DNA of 61,391 nt, filler included, from Jimgerdemannia flammicorona (Eukaryota): the NCBI GenBank assembly GCA_003990765.1. It is 2 parts of 2 records of this genome, joined end to end, with 100 filler letters (N's around TTAATTAATTAA, not from the genome) between each part and the next. Parts side by side here need not be neighbours in the genome. Positions count along the whole stretch, not along the records: positions 1 to 30,659 come from RBNJ01000432.1; 1 more part is not named here. One strand, given 5' to 3'. Position 1 is the stretch's first letter, and every line of letters begins with the position of its first letter. Position numbers and translations under genes: made by a program. Shown in pieces: positions 12,511-25,149 of the stretch. The notes beneath the pieces are model-generated. The model was not told the DNA's origin. It searched no databases and saw only the letters and a list, made by a program, of their open reading frames with translations.

Positions 12511-13436
12511 GAAGACATAAGGTATTAAATTTCTATTTTTGTTGAATATTGACTCTCCTAACAGAGTTACAGAGTGATGTTTACAGAATACCTCAACTAT
12601 AATATATAGAAGAAGAACTCATTCTCTGTGAAATCACTATTATGCTCCCTAATCTTGGTAAGATACCAGGCTTTGCTAATTAGCCCCTGCTGCATGGTAG
12701 GAAGTAGAGCACAAATTGTAGTCTATCAGGAAATTAAAACAGCCATCTAATTTCAATCATTTGCTCTCACTATATTTCATTCACCCTCACCATATTCTAA
12801 GAAGATTTGCATTCTGGTGACTATCATTTTTGCTCTTAGAACTAGATGAGGTTCACAGAACTGGAAGTTTTGGGATGAGACCCATGAACTATCAGTTTTA
12901 CTTACAGAACTAGAAGTTTTGCTTGGCAAACTGATAGTTTCAGAATAAGGCCAATATCTTTGTAGCAAGAGTTGCTGACTCTTAGCAAGGGTTGTGAACT
13001 CAGTAAGGCCAACTCTATAAACTCTCAGTATGGGTTGCAAACTCTTGGCAAGGACTGCAAATACTCTGCCAAATCCTAAATATAAACAAAAATAAGTTTC
13101 TTAGAGGTCATGATTTTTTTTTGCCAGTCTTATTACAAAATGACAAAACAAGTAGTTATTGTAAAATTGATTCATACTATCTACTCTTTAGCTATTTATA
13201 TTACTGAAAAATAATACTAATAATATATTTTCCTTCACTTAATAAAATTGCTCCCATGCTTTCCAATCAGCATACTTATTGATGAGGTACTTGTTATATC
13301 CAAATAATATATCTTGGCCTTATGCCTGTATAGTTAGTGGCAGATATAATACTGTTATGGCATGGAATAAGGTGAACATTTCTAATGATGGCATTAATAC
13401 CAATAATATTAAAGTTATCAGTATGGATGACAACAG

Positions 13437-13670
13437 TCAATGTTTTTGCCGTAATGTCGATCTACGCTAGGGAGGTATAACTATACTACGTTTTGCATAA
13501 TGTCAACTATGCTATGCTCACGTGATGTCAATCTTCATGATAAAACACCAATAACCCCGTGTCACTGAAATGACCATGCATCACCCCGAAATCCTAGGAA
13601 AGAAACCTCAAATAAATGATCGATTGTTCTATATTTGGGTGGAAACACACGGTATAAAAGACCGGCCCAA
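13437..13670 (-). repeat. Ngaro split repeat B2
   Basis: Near-identical to 13953-14185. Confidence 0.92.
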
Positions 13671-13704
13671 CCACTATGTATATATATGTAGGGTGAGGTG
13701 GGTG

Positions 13705-13952
13705 GTAATGAAATGCGTATGAATGTACGGAAGCACAAAAGCGTAAGTATAAAGCGCGTACTAAGTAATGTTGGGTGAATGGTAGAATTACATATAGAAG
13801 TAATGCGCCTACCGCGCTAGTACCAAAAAAGGAAAGACTACGCCTGATTTAGACATGCCTTAGACAAACAATGGCGTTGAAACATTTTGGGCGCTATATG
13901 CCCAAGACCTTCCTGCATTCATTGACCTGTGGTCTCGAGCGAGCCCCCTCAT
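13705..13952 (-). repeat. Ngaro split repeat A2
   Basis: Near-identical to ~18893-19140. Confidence 0.92.
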
Positions 13953-14185
13953 TCAATGTTTTGCCATAATGTCGATCTACGCTAGCGAGGCGTAACTATA
14001 CTACGTTTTGCATAATGTCAACTATGCTACACTCACGTGATGTCAATCTTCGTGATAAAACACCAATAACCCTGTGTCACCGAAATGACCATGCATCACC
14101 CCGAAATCCTAGGAAAGAAACCTCAAATAAATGATCGATTGTTCTGTATTTGGGTGGAAACACACGGTATAAAAGACCGGCCCAA
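13953..14185 (-). repeat. Ngaro split repeat B1
   Basis: Near-identical to 13437-13670; abuts A2 directly. Confidence 0.92.
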
Positions 14186-14364
14186 ATGTTATATGTAAAA
14201 TGTGCGGGATGATGATGTGTAGCAGTGTGAGTTGGCAGCGCTGAAAGAAAGAACTCAGCCCAAATGAAGTAAAAGGGAGTTATAGATGTGGAAATGCAAG
14301 TGGAGTAGATGATAGAAAGGTGCCGAAGGCTTAATAGAAAGGCCGCGCCCAATGTCGATGATAT

Positions 14365-14730
14365 GGCTGGTGTCGCGAGCCGCGCGGTTAAAACTGAGGG
14401 CAGGTGTCGCGAATCGTGCGACAGCCAAGAAGCTGATTTAATGAGCCCAGCGATCGAGGGATAGAACTGGTGTCGCGAGTTGCACGGGGGTCCGAGTAGG
14501 CTGGTGTCGCGAGCTGCGCGATAACGAAAAGAAGGAGGGCTGGTGTCGCGAGCCGCGCAATGTCGGAAAAGGTTGGTATCATGAACTACATGGTGGCAAG
14601 AGGCTGAGGTGGGTGGATTAAAGGCTGGTGTCGCGAGCCGCGCGGTGATGTAAGGCCGATGAGGAGAGGTAAAGGCTGGTGTCGCGTGCCACACGGGACC
14701 TGGAATAAGCTGGTGTCGTGGGCTACGCGG
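14365..14730. repeat. Array of ~9 copies of GGCTGGTGTCGCGAGCCGCGCG with variable spacers
   Basis: Copies start at ~14365, 14399, 14465, 14499, 14538, 14571, 14623, 14674, 14708. Confidence 0.9.
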
Positions 14731-14754
14731 TAGAAAAAAAGGAACGGGAAATCG

Positions 14755-15818
14755 TTAACCGCAAGTAATATGAGTAACAGAATAAGTATTACGAGTTAAC
14801 GAAGCCCGAAGGTGGAGAATGCGAGAAATAGGCATGTGAATATAGCCTTTAAATGCCACGCTCTCCCACCGACCCAACATCTGAATCTTGTAATCGGATA
14901 AACTGGCCGCAGCGGCATTGGATGTTGCACCAATCCGAAAACTATGCCCGGCGTAAAGAAGTGGATTCAGACCAATCCGTGGAAGTAACACGTGAAGACG
15001 ACTAATGAGATAGGCCGAGAGAACGATCGATTCGCGGAATGCCAGAACAGAGGGGTGTCGGGTGGGGCTGGGTGCACCAGGTAAAGAAGGCGAAGTAAGG
15101 ATACAACGCATGGCGTGGTGGGATCCGTTTTGGCAATAAAAAGTATTGCACCCTGGCGAAACGGGTCTGTTTTAGAGGCTGGCAGGGTGAGCATAATATG
15201 GGTGGGGTCGGCAATGCTAGGTTGAAAAACCACAGAGCCACGGGATAGCTGGGAAATGGGATCGAAAGACCCGTCCCACGTAAATTCGCCGGAGCAAAGA
15301 AAGCCGACATATGCAAGCGACATCACGGTCGCAAGATGCAGATCGTCATAATCAGATAGCCGAAGCAAACTGATAAGACTGCGAAGAATACCGAGCGTGA
15401 TAGGAAGCCGAGGTCGAGTTGGGCGTATGCCTAGCCACCGCTTCACGCCACGCATCACTTGGGGAAGTTGGTAAAGACCGATGAACGGATCGGCAAAACC
15501 GGAGTCGATGTGTAGAGAACGAACGGCTGAGAGGTAACGTTTGATTGTGGATGGTTGAAGCCGTCGCAAGGCCAAGCTACAGACCCACCGCATTAGCACC
15601 AGTTCGGACGCGAGCAAAGGCCCGCCGGAGGCATGATTACCACCATGGAGATTGCAGAATTGGAGGAAGCTGTGTTGTCCCGAAGAGTATGAGCGGCGCG
15701 TTGATTTTGTTAGTCCGAACCACAAAAAGAAGGCAACAACGGGTGGAAGCGCGGAATGCAAATGATACCAATCGCAGTCGGGAGCATCTGAGCGTAAGGG
15801 GCAAGATGACGGAAACAA
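14755..15818 (-). pseudogene. Tyrosine recombinase of the Ngaro element
   Basis: STIKRYLSAVRSLH, GFLCSGE (catalytic R>C), SKTDPFRQG, GHSFRIGA, LGRWES...Y; frameshift near 15050. Confidence 0.92.
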
Positions 15819-17500
15819 GGAAGATCAGTGTGAGATAAAGCATCAGCAATGCCGTTATCAGACGTCGAGATGAATATGGCGCGAAGTTGAAAAGCGTGAT
15901 GCGCCATTTGAAAATAGAGCTGGTGGAGAAGTTCCAGCAGAAGAGGGTTGCATGAAGAGCCCGAGTTGATAATAGCGACGACTGCCTGATTATCAGAATG
16001 AAGCAATATACGGTGAAAACGCCATTGAGCACCCCAGGTAGCAGCAGCAGCGACCACAGCGTAAAGTTCCTTGAACTGAATGTTGCACGAGGCTATATCG
16101 GGAGGCCAGGGAGCGGAAAACTATTCGCTATTGAAATGTGCACCAAAGCCTTGGATCCCGCTGGCATCTGTCCATAATTGTGCATCAGGCTCGTGGAACC
16201 ATGCCATCGGATGTATAACAGAAATACCATTCCAGTGGGGTAGGAATTCGAGCCACCAATGAATGTCGGCGTAGAATTCCTCATTCAGTGAGATATGGAA
16301 TGAGGCATTGCCAGAAAGAAGGTTGATAAACTGCCGCAGGAATGGGCGGCCCGGCAGAATGATTTTACAGGCAAATGCCAAGGAACCAATAAGAGACTGC
16401 AGTTGAGGGCGTGTACATAACATGCGTGATAGCCACTGCTGAAGGGTGGCGAGCAATGTGTCAAGCTTGCCGAGAGGCAGGTGGGCTTCCATAGCCATTG
16501 TATCCAATTCGATGCCCAGAAAGACGAGTGACGTTGTCAGGTCTTTGACCTTGCGCTCTTGAATCGACCAGCCGAGATGATGACAGATAGCAAGAAGTAA
16601 ACGTAGGTCAGAGAGGGCAGACGGCCAGAGCGGCGGTGAAACGAGGAGAAAATCGTCGATGTAGTGGATGAGCGTGCATATGTTGTGATGGTGGGCGATC
16701 CATGCGAGAAGTTCCGCGAAAAGGTTGAAAAGAAATGGTGACGAGGATGCGCCAAAAGGAGCAAACCGATCGAAATAAAACTGCCCCGACCACTCGAAAC
16801 CCAGCAACTCCCAATCCGTAGGATGGATGAGAATATGACGATATGCATCGGCGAGGTCGACCTTCGATAGAAGACATCCCTGGCCAAAACGACGAACCAA
16901 GTCCAAAGCCTTGTCGAACTTAATGTAAGAGAGCCGGAAGGCGTCGGTATTTATGCTGGCATTCACCGAATCGCCGTGACGGGGCCAAGAAAGGTCGTGA
17001 ATACGACGCCATGCGCTATTAGAATTCTTCTTCGCAACGGTGCCGAGAGGAGATGAGCGAAAGCATTTGAACAGAGGGGATGAGAACGGGCCACAAATTC
17101 TACTGGTGGCGACTTCCCGCTCAATGTCAGACGTGATCGCTTCTGGGTGGTCAAGAGCGGAGCGATGATTATAGAACAGCAGGCGCCGACAAGGCCCATC
17201 AAAGCCGAGAAGAGCGCCTTGAGTAATAGCAGCGATGGCAGCCTGAGCTACCCATGGGGCAGGATACGACTGGAGCTCACGCGCCCATGTGACAGGGCGA
17301 AGAGCAGAAGAAGGAAGAGGAAAACGACGTAGAATGTCTTGAGCCGCTTCGTTGAGAGGGGTGGTAAATGGGCGACGGAGTAGGGTATTTGGAGTGGCTG
17401 GGGGTATGTGTAAAGAATAAATGGGGGCGAGTTCCTAGGGGTGAGACGATGGATTGTGGGAGCATCGATACCACGGATGATCACTATTGCAGCGAGAACA
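15710..17500 (-). pseudogene. Reverse transcriptase-RNase H of the Ngaro element
   Basis: RRIHDLSWP, KVDLADAYR, APFG, YIDDF, FLGIELDT, WTDAS, KELYAV, SDNQAVV, NGIADALS; TAG at 16121 replacing a Trp. 5' limit approximate. Confidence 0.92.
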
Positions 17501-18886
17501 GGAATGCACATAAGGGCATCCTTTTCTATTGCACCCAGGATCCTTCATGGGTGATCTATCGAATAGAACGCCATTGTATGCCCAACAAGTAGACCATTGA
17601 GAGGCTTTCTCGGTAGATGGAGCAGAGGAGCCATCAGTAAGATGTAGCCCCTGTTGTACATTGCGAGACTTAAAGGGCTTAAGCAGATTAGATGTAGAGG
17701 TCGGAGTTCATGGACGTTGATGTAGACTAAGGATCATAAAGAGGTCGGGGTCGCGCCGGGCCCAGTGCTCGCACCATACCAAAGAAACACTGTCATTCGC
17801 GATCTCCGCCAGTCGTTTTGTGTGAAAGGAGACATGATAATCGAGAAGCGCGGACCAATACGATGATGTTGATAGTGAAATAAAATCCGTGGCATATGAA
17901 AAGAATGGAGTAGGATCAGTGAGGCCTGGGTATGTGTCATGAAGAATGCTGAAATACGTAAGCAGGGCGGCGAGGAAAGCAGGGACGTCCGGAAGATCTT
18001 TGATAATGGATGGCGGCTTTTGAAGAATGATCCGGGTACCCAATTCATCAAATGTTTCGATGAATTGAGCATCAGGAAGACCACCGATAGAAACGACGTT
18101 TCGCTCCAAGAAACGGCCGAGCGACATGGCAGTGAACGAATTGTCGATGACCGCGGCCAACAGCCGTTGATTAACATGGGCATATTTTAAAGAGAGATTG
18201 ACACCTCGGACAATGGTATGGGCAGAGACGACAGAAGGAGGTATAGGGATAGACTCACCCTGGGGATTACCGGCAGGGCCGTGAATGCCGGTGGACCAAA
18301 CCGAAGGGATAGTCAGTAAGGGCTGGGATGAGGATGGGGATATGAGAACTGCCGAAAGAGAAGCAGTAGCGTGATCGATAAAGGCTTGATTGATGATGGG
18401 AGTCATGTCTTGACCAGAAATGGCAGGAACTGCACTAGCCGGTGCTGCCGAAGATACGATGTCAGGGCAAGAGCATAAGAGCTGAAAAAGTTCATCGAAC
18501 CAACAGTCTTGCGCAGATGCATGCTCTTGGAGCTGAGCAATGCTGGCTTCGATGGAAACATCAAAGGCCGGTGTGCTGAAAAAAGCTGGTCCGGCCGCCG
18601 TAGCGCTAGTAGGAGCCTTGGATGTGGCACGCGCTGATAGACGCATGATTCGGCAGGGTGCGGAAGTAGAGTGGTCAGGGAGGGTAGTGAGATAATCCAC
18701 AAGGATAGCAACATTGGGGTTCTCGCTATCAGATTTCAGATCGTCTTGCAGAAAACGGAGCACACGCTTGATGAAATTAACGTCCGAGCGGAAAGGGCAG
18801 GTGGCGGAGCCCAGGTCATGTTGGCCCTTCGACGTATGGGAAGGGTCGTATCGACACAAAAGGCAGGAATTTGCGGAGAGGACCAT
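17500..18886 (-). pseudogene. Gag-like ORF1 of the Ngaro element
   Basis: Long ORF (17708-19003 track) with likely ATG at 18886 just inside A1; N-terminal CxxC...H...C; position upstream of RT. Confidence 0.7.
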
Positions 18887-18892
18887 GGTAAT

Positions 18893-19140
18893 GTAATGAA
18901 ATGCGTACGAATGTACGGAAGCGCAAAAGTGTAAGTGTAAAGCGCATACTAAGTAATGTTGGGTGAATGGTAGAATTACATATAGAAGTAATGCGCCTAC
19001 CACGCTAGTACCAAAAAAGGAAAGACTACGCCTGATTTAGACATGCCTTAGACAAATAATGGTGTTGAAACATTTTGGGTACTATACGCCCAAGACCTTC
19101 CTGCATTCATTGACCTGTGGTCTCGAGCGAGCCCCCTCAT
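18893..19140 (-). repeat. Ngaro split repeat A1
   Basis: Matches 13705-13952. Confidence 0.92.
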
Positions 19141-22100
19141 GGTACCCAGATTCAGAGTCATGGCTCTCCAAGATATTAAATCATTCGAGGTAAGCAAGAT
19201 ATATTTCTCACCAAGATTTATCAGGGTGAATAGACAGAGCAGTTGGTCAATAAGGAATTCATGAATACCATACAGTTTTTTATCTTCCTTTTCCATATAT
19301 TTCTAGTTATAAATTGCAACCCAATCATATTGTAGATGACTGTGGAAGCAGGGGTTGCATCATATAATTATTTTGACTAGTTGCTTGATAACCTCATGAT
19401 AATAATTTGGGCAGATAATAGTCAAGCTTTTGAAGATGGTAATCTGAAATTACAATAAAGTAGTGAGGCCAATAGATAAGTAAAAAAAAAAAATAGAGGA
19501 TACATAGATTAGATAAATACTGATGAGATAATTGTCAAAATCTCTCATTTTTTTAATACTGGTCTGCTTATTTTAGGATTTTCATTATCTGATGTCTTGA
19601 CATAATTATTAAAAAAGATAATAGTATAGTTGTAGAGTTTGTCAAGCTGACTTGAGTTTGATCTGAGTTCTTTGATATTGAATAGGCCAGAGTGGCAAGA
19701 TTCCAGATAGTATCCAAGTTTGGAAATATTCTGCTGTTGAAATTTACACTGAAGTACGATTTCCTCTTTGAGATATTGGAGTATTGTTCATCTTGAGATA
19801 TAGCATATAAACTATGTATATATATCTTATTTGATCATCTATTATTGTTCTCAATATGCTGGTGCTCAGATATTTTTATATCTAGGTTTTCAGAGATTCC
19901 AGTTTCTTTTACTGATTCAGTAATGTGATCAATTCTATGCTATTTGATAAATTCAAACTTGCTGGGACATATGGAGAAGAAGACATTCTTTGTTTCATCA
20001 AGTTTTCTGATACTATCACATATATACTAAATTGTTCAATTAGTCTGAATAGGTAGTGAGATACTGTAGAAGAATTCCAAAAAGTATTACATTGGATTGA
20101 GAATACAAATTCCATCTTATGTAAAAATACTATGAACACAAGACAGAAATATTTTCATAGTATGCTGATATTCAGCAGCTGTCATTTGTGAGAGATTAGA
20201 TAAATCTTTTGAAAAAAAATGCAAGCCTGAGAATAGAGGAATAGTTATGATCTACATGTCAAACTCAGAGAGAATTGCTGTAGATATTATAGTGAGTCAT
20301 ATGTTTGGTGGACAAGCTTGTCAAATCAATTCACTATATATTCCCAGACTCTTTTTTTATACTGGTGAAGAAGGTCAGGAGTAATATACTGATAAATATC
20401 AATATTCAGAATTTTCCAAAGAGAGTTCTCCATTGCAACTAAGCCAATATCTTTAAGAGTCTGCTCAGCTTCTTGTCAATTTTCTATATGCTGTAGCCCA
20501 ATAGTAGCTTGAACTGTAGCTTTTATATCTATAGTTATATATGAGTGATATTGAATTCCAATCTTCATCCAATCTCTCTTTAATGTTAGGCATCATGGAC
20601 ATGCTTGGCTCTGGTGAATAAGACATATCTAGTATACTTCAGGATAGTTAACAGCAAATAAATAAATAAAAAGAAAGCAATATCTATATTAGCCATTAGA
20701 ACACTTAATAATTTCACTATTATGGCTAGCAGTTTTGAGCATATTTAGAAGGTATGACATATATGTATGCCAAGGTAATGTTTTGCATTCTTGAAAGTAG
20801 GACTGCTATACTTCGGAGAACTCTCTTCAAGAATAGGAGGATGTGTGATAATAATATATGTATAATCTGAATATTGTCACTTGTATTCTTTGTGAATATT
20901 TCTAATTATAAGATAGATAGGATAAGCCTTTTGATAACCAAGAGTGTTCAAGTGAGTTTCATCCACAGAGAGTAGTATTGGAATAACAGTTACATCCTTA
21001 ATAGCAATAAAATTCTATATTTGCCACCAGTGATTACTCTAGTGAAGTTCACTATAATAGTGATCTCTATTTTGATTATTCACAATCATAGGCCAATATT
21101 CTATACAGTCTTGAAAACATAGACTTATAAGAAGCTTGCAGATGGCATCTATTGAATTGTAAAAATAAAGTATAAAGTATCTATTTTATGATTCTTCTTT
21201 ATGATTAACAAGCTAGTATTTTGTATAAAATAGCTATAAATAAGAATAATTATTAAAATTATATTTAAATTAAATAATATTTAAAAGATATAATTACATA
21301 TAATATATTTATATATATAATGTAATTAACTTACCATTGAGAGCTTTGCAGAATCTATAATCTCATACATTTCTTTCATATTTTGAAACTGAATAGTATT
21401 ACTTAGAGTTAGTTACTTGCTTGTAATAGCTTTGAGTAATTCATCTCTAGCTAAATTAGATAATTTGCCTTTATGAAAAATAAAATCAGCAAGCTAAAAT
21501 TTCTCTTCATTGTTGAAAGGATACTAGTAATTAAGATAATACAAAAAGTCTACTATTAGGTTCAGGAAAAAACATTGCTACTGTGTGGATGAGGAGTAGT
21601 CTTAAATGAGTTTGATGAAATAGTATCTGAAATGCCATACTCAGACAGTAGATCATCATCCTTCTCTCAGTCCTCATCTTTACTATATGAATTCCAATTA
21701 TCACTAGATGTCTCACTCAGCTCTATTTCAGTTTTATATATATTGAAGTCCTCAGAAAAAAATGATGATTCACCAGCTTCATTAGACTGTATAGACTCTT
21801 CAGGAGGGCTGTGCTGTCAGTTTTTGTCTGGATTGTTGTCTGGTTTGTCCACTGTATTATAGAAGGAGTAATTGTCCCTGAGCTCCACAATATCTGGCAA
21901 TATACTAATAGGCAAAGATGGATTTTTACTAGGACTTGGAGGAAGCTCCACAATATCTGACAAGAGAGATTGTATCTGAGATTGTGAGGCCAATAGTGAT
22001 ATTTTTGTTATTGAATATTTTGGTATCAGTTTCATCATCTGCATTTATATCCTCATCATTCTCACTCTTGTTATCATTTCTGTCTATACTCACACCTTCT

Positions 22101-22267
22101 ATATCAGTATCTCTCCATCAAATATCATTCTGCATCACTTTATAGTATTGATAGCCTATCCAATTATCTGTAGGAATGGGAATATGGTATGATGACAAAT
22201 GGAGAGAATTAGTTGTGGACAAAATTTTAAAAGAGTGGATCTTATTGTATTCTTACATCTATGTACC

Positions 22268-22420
22268 TTGGTGAGTTCAATATCTGTGAGTTTGATCTCT
22301 GTGAGTTTGACCTTGGCACATTTGATCTTGGTGAGTTTGACCTTAGCATATTTGACCTTAGTGAGTTTAATCTCTGTGAGTTTGATCTCTGTGAGTTCAA
22401 CCTCAGTATGTTTGACCTCC
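22268..22420. repeat. 15-bp tandem repeat (GTGAGTTTGAYCTYK), ~10 units
   Basis: Directly visible; lies upstream of the Plavaka transposase near a TACTGTAG (CACTG-like) end at 22470, so possibly subterminal repeats. Confidence 0.8.
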
Positions 22421-22950
22421 TGAATTATGTCTATTTTGCCATGGTGGGCAAGGTGTGGGGAGCTACAGTATTGTATGTCACAGATTGCTCATAATATTTA
22501 TAGGGGATGCCTTCTTACATCCTTGAGAAGTTTTTTTGATATCTACCTTCTGATTATGAGTTTTTGGTAGTATATTTGCAAGTAGACAAGGTCATATTGT
22601 TGTTGTATGACTGTTATATAACTTGAATGACATAATCATATCTGTCATTTATCACCTTATAAAATCTCTATCTACCACTCATCTTTGATAAGTATAATCA
22701 GAACATTAGCCTCTTCTTGCTTATATCTTGCCCATTCTCACTTCTACCTATTTTCATCTTATATTGTCTGCTTTCATCTCATCTCTCTCTGCCTATTCAT
22801 CTCACCTTACTGTCTATTCATCTCATTTTGCCTACCTTTCTCTACTTGGTTTCATCTCATCTTGCCTGCTTTTATCTTACCTCATTCACCTCATTTTGTC
22901 CATCTCATCCTATCTTAGTTTGGAGCAGATGCCTTCATACTGATTCAACC

Positions 22951-23256
22951 ATGCCACCAAGATATAATCCAACTCATTATGGTAGCTACATGTCATGCCC
23001 CAGATATAGCAGATACTTTATCACACAATCCAGTCTCTCCTATCACTTGAACATTGATAATTGTGAATACAATATCTACAGGTTAAGGCATAATTGCACT
23101 CTTCTTTCAGGTCCTAGTACAGATCCATCTTCATCTATTAGTAACCTTCCAGTAATCATTCAGAGAGATTCTTTGACAGTAACCACAAACTCACATCAAT
23201 ACATCACAAGGACTTTCCCACAGTTACTCCACAATAACTTCAGAAAGCTGTCTTAA
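22951..23256 (+). pseudogene. C2H2 zinc-finger-like ORF start, probably from a transposon
   Basis: MPPRYNP...SCPRYSRYFITQSSLSYHL fits CxxC..F.....L..H with one C>Y; preceded by CATCT low-complexity repeats. Confidence 0.35.
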
Positions 23257-23694
23257 AGGAGGTATCAAATATTATTACAAACTTGCCTTCTATCAAAATA
23301 AATATAAAAAGATAAATATATATATATATATATTATTTTGAAACTAAAACTATGAGAAAGAATGCTATGTGAATTTACTAAAGATATCTTTATTTTATTT
23401 ATTTTTCAAAAGCTATATACTATCTAAGCTAAAACAAGAATGCCATTTAGATGATGATCAGTGGCTATAGATCTATACAGATCTCCTGCTCTTCTAGGTA
23501 CATCATGACCAATTTCCTCCCTATCTTAGATTCAAGTATAATATGGTTATTGTCAGTATACTGGAGAAGTATGGATACTTATAGAAAAATAATAAACAGA
23601 TCTACAAAAGAATGTATGAGAAGATAAAGATTTATCTATTTAAATTAAGATTGTGATGAAAGTGTAAGAGGGTTACTTGTTAGAGTAACCATTA

Positions 23695-24257
23695 TGTAGT
23701 TCTGGAAGGGTATTCTGGAAGTTTTAGATATTCTGGAAGACTGTTTTCTTAAGGTCTAGATCAATTTCATATAGAGTATATCTTCTATACTTATTGATTT
23801 CAAGATTGGATTGAGGTCTCAACCAAAGTCCTTTTTCAGACTAGTTCTAGATGTTCAGGATTTTCCATATTTCAGGAAGTTTAAAAAACTAAGACCAGCT
23901 TAGTTGAATTGGCATATCACTGCAGACAATACCCAATTAGGAAATTTCATGCTGGGTTAGGAGTGGGACCTAACAGGGAGCAGATTTACTTAAGAGTGGT
24001 TTGTGGGTTAATAAATAGGTTTATTTACTATTCATGATATTGCTATACTAGAAGTAGTTGTATGAGGGAATATTGGGGAAGTGTTCAGGAATTGTGTTCT
24101 TGTCTGTTCGAGTTTGAGATTCTGAGGTCTGGGAGGCTATCTGGACTATGCTAATATAGATATAGTACTTAGTATCTTGCTGAGTTAGAATGCAGTCATA
24201 TAGTACAAGTGTGATCTGAAATATCAAGAGATCATCTGACTGCTGAGTCAGTTTACA
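23695..24257 (-). mobile_element. Possible decayed LTR
   Basis: TGTAG...TTACA termini with TGGT (PBS-like) 3 nt beyond the minus-strand end; TTCTGGAAG repeats. Confidence 0.3.
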
Positions 24258-24383
24258 GTCATGTCGTACAATGCTAATCTAACTATACTAATGACTGCTG
24301 AGCTATCTATAGATTTAGATGCTGTCTGGGTAATCTTTAATGATATCACTATTGATGACATTATTTCTGATAAAGTAGTTATT

Positions 24384-24909
24384 AAATTTCCATCTTACTC
24401 CTTCAATAACCCATGCCCTCTCATAGCTATCACCCTTATACTAAATCATATGTGACAACAAATTAGATGAGTATAAGTTTGTATATTGGGGCAAATGCAT
24501 GTATGAGGAATATTTCTGTCTCAAATATATTACATCAGTCAGTTCCAAAGAACCTAATATACAATATGTATATGAATAGAGAGATGGGTGGGAGTAAAAC
24601 TGTATGATAGTGAAGATAATTGAGTGTAAGGGAAAGGGGACAAGATGTTGGGCATACAATGAATTCTGTAATTGTATAATATATATATATGTAATTGCCT
24701 AATTGAGTAATACATATCTTTAATATGCTATCCCTTTGGGATCTCTTCATTAAATCCCCATCTTACTCCTTGCCCTCTCATGGCTACCACTCTTATACTA
24801 AATTGTACATGATAATAAATTAGATGAGTATAAGTTTGTGTATTTGGGCAAATGCATGCATGAGGAATGTTTCTGTCTCGAATGTGTTGCATCAGTTAGT
24901 TCCAAAGAA
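24384..24909. repeat. ~160-bp direct repeat pair
   Basis: CCATCTTACTCCTT...AAATTAGATGAGTATAAGTTTG...GTTCCAAAGAA at ~24384-24552 and ~24752-24909. Confidence 0.85.
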
Positions 24910-25149
24910 TCTGGCCCAAAGAGATTAGAACTTATCTCATGGTCATCGGGCCTGCCCGGGATATATATCCATAAGCAAGGGCCCTGTGTGGGTGAAAGAA
25001 TAGAATAGAGATAGATTGAAGAGTAAATGCCAGACCATGGTTATGGAATCCTGCACTATTATAGTCTTGGGACTCATCTCATAAGGCATGTCCTATGCAG
25101 ATCATCATGGACCGATTCTGCATCATAGTGGGCCATGCCAAATCATACA

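Larger units (their letters stand above)
13437..19140 (-). mobile_element. Ngaro-type DIRS (tyrosine-recombinase) retrotransposon, full length
   Basis: gag-like, RT/RNaseH and YR ORFs flanked by split direct repeats in order A1-ORFs-B1-A2-B2; no TSD; CpGs largely retained. Confidence 0.93.
13240..22200 (-). mobile_element. Plavaka (CMC/CACTA-related) transposase relic, split by the Ngaro element
   Basis: YSELH*SNHWWQI...VIPILLSVDETHL...KAYPIYLIIRNI (~20880-21060), KCSNG*YRYCF...VNYPEV..CL..ACP*C (~20580-20720), and C-terminal IRNVHLIP...YLINKYAD (13250-13400) match Plavaka transposase motifs. Element ends not firmly located. Confidence 0.8.

Noticed and set aside
11776..12574. AGTTACAGAG 10-bp repeat as a Mutator TSD
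   Set aside because: No terminal inverted repeats inside it, and the CACCCTCAA motifs extend outside it.
14077..14694. 205-aa ORF with ARLATPA repeats
   Set aside because: Translation of the DNA motif array with a non-ATG start, running into repeat B1; no independent coding evidence.
14365..14730. CRISPR array
   Set aside because: Eukaryotic retrotransposon context, short irregular spacers, degenerate repeats, no cas genes.
12635..22470. CACTA-like TIR pair delimiting the Plavaka element
   Set aside because: CACTATTATGCTCCC and TACTGTAGCTCCCC match only partly and flanks give no TSD.
22199..22494. ORFs with EFDL or LISVS repeats
   Set aside because: Products of a 15-bp DNA tandem repeat open in two frames.
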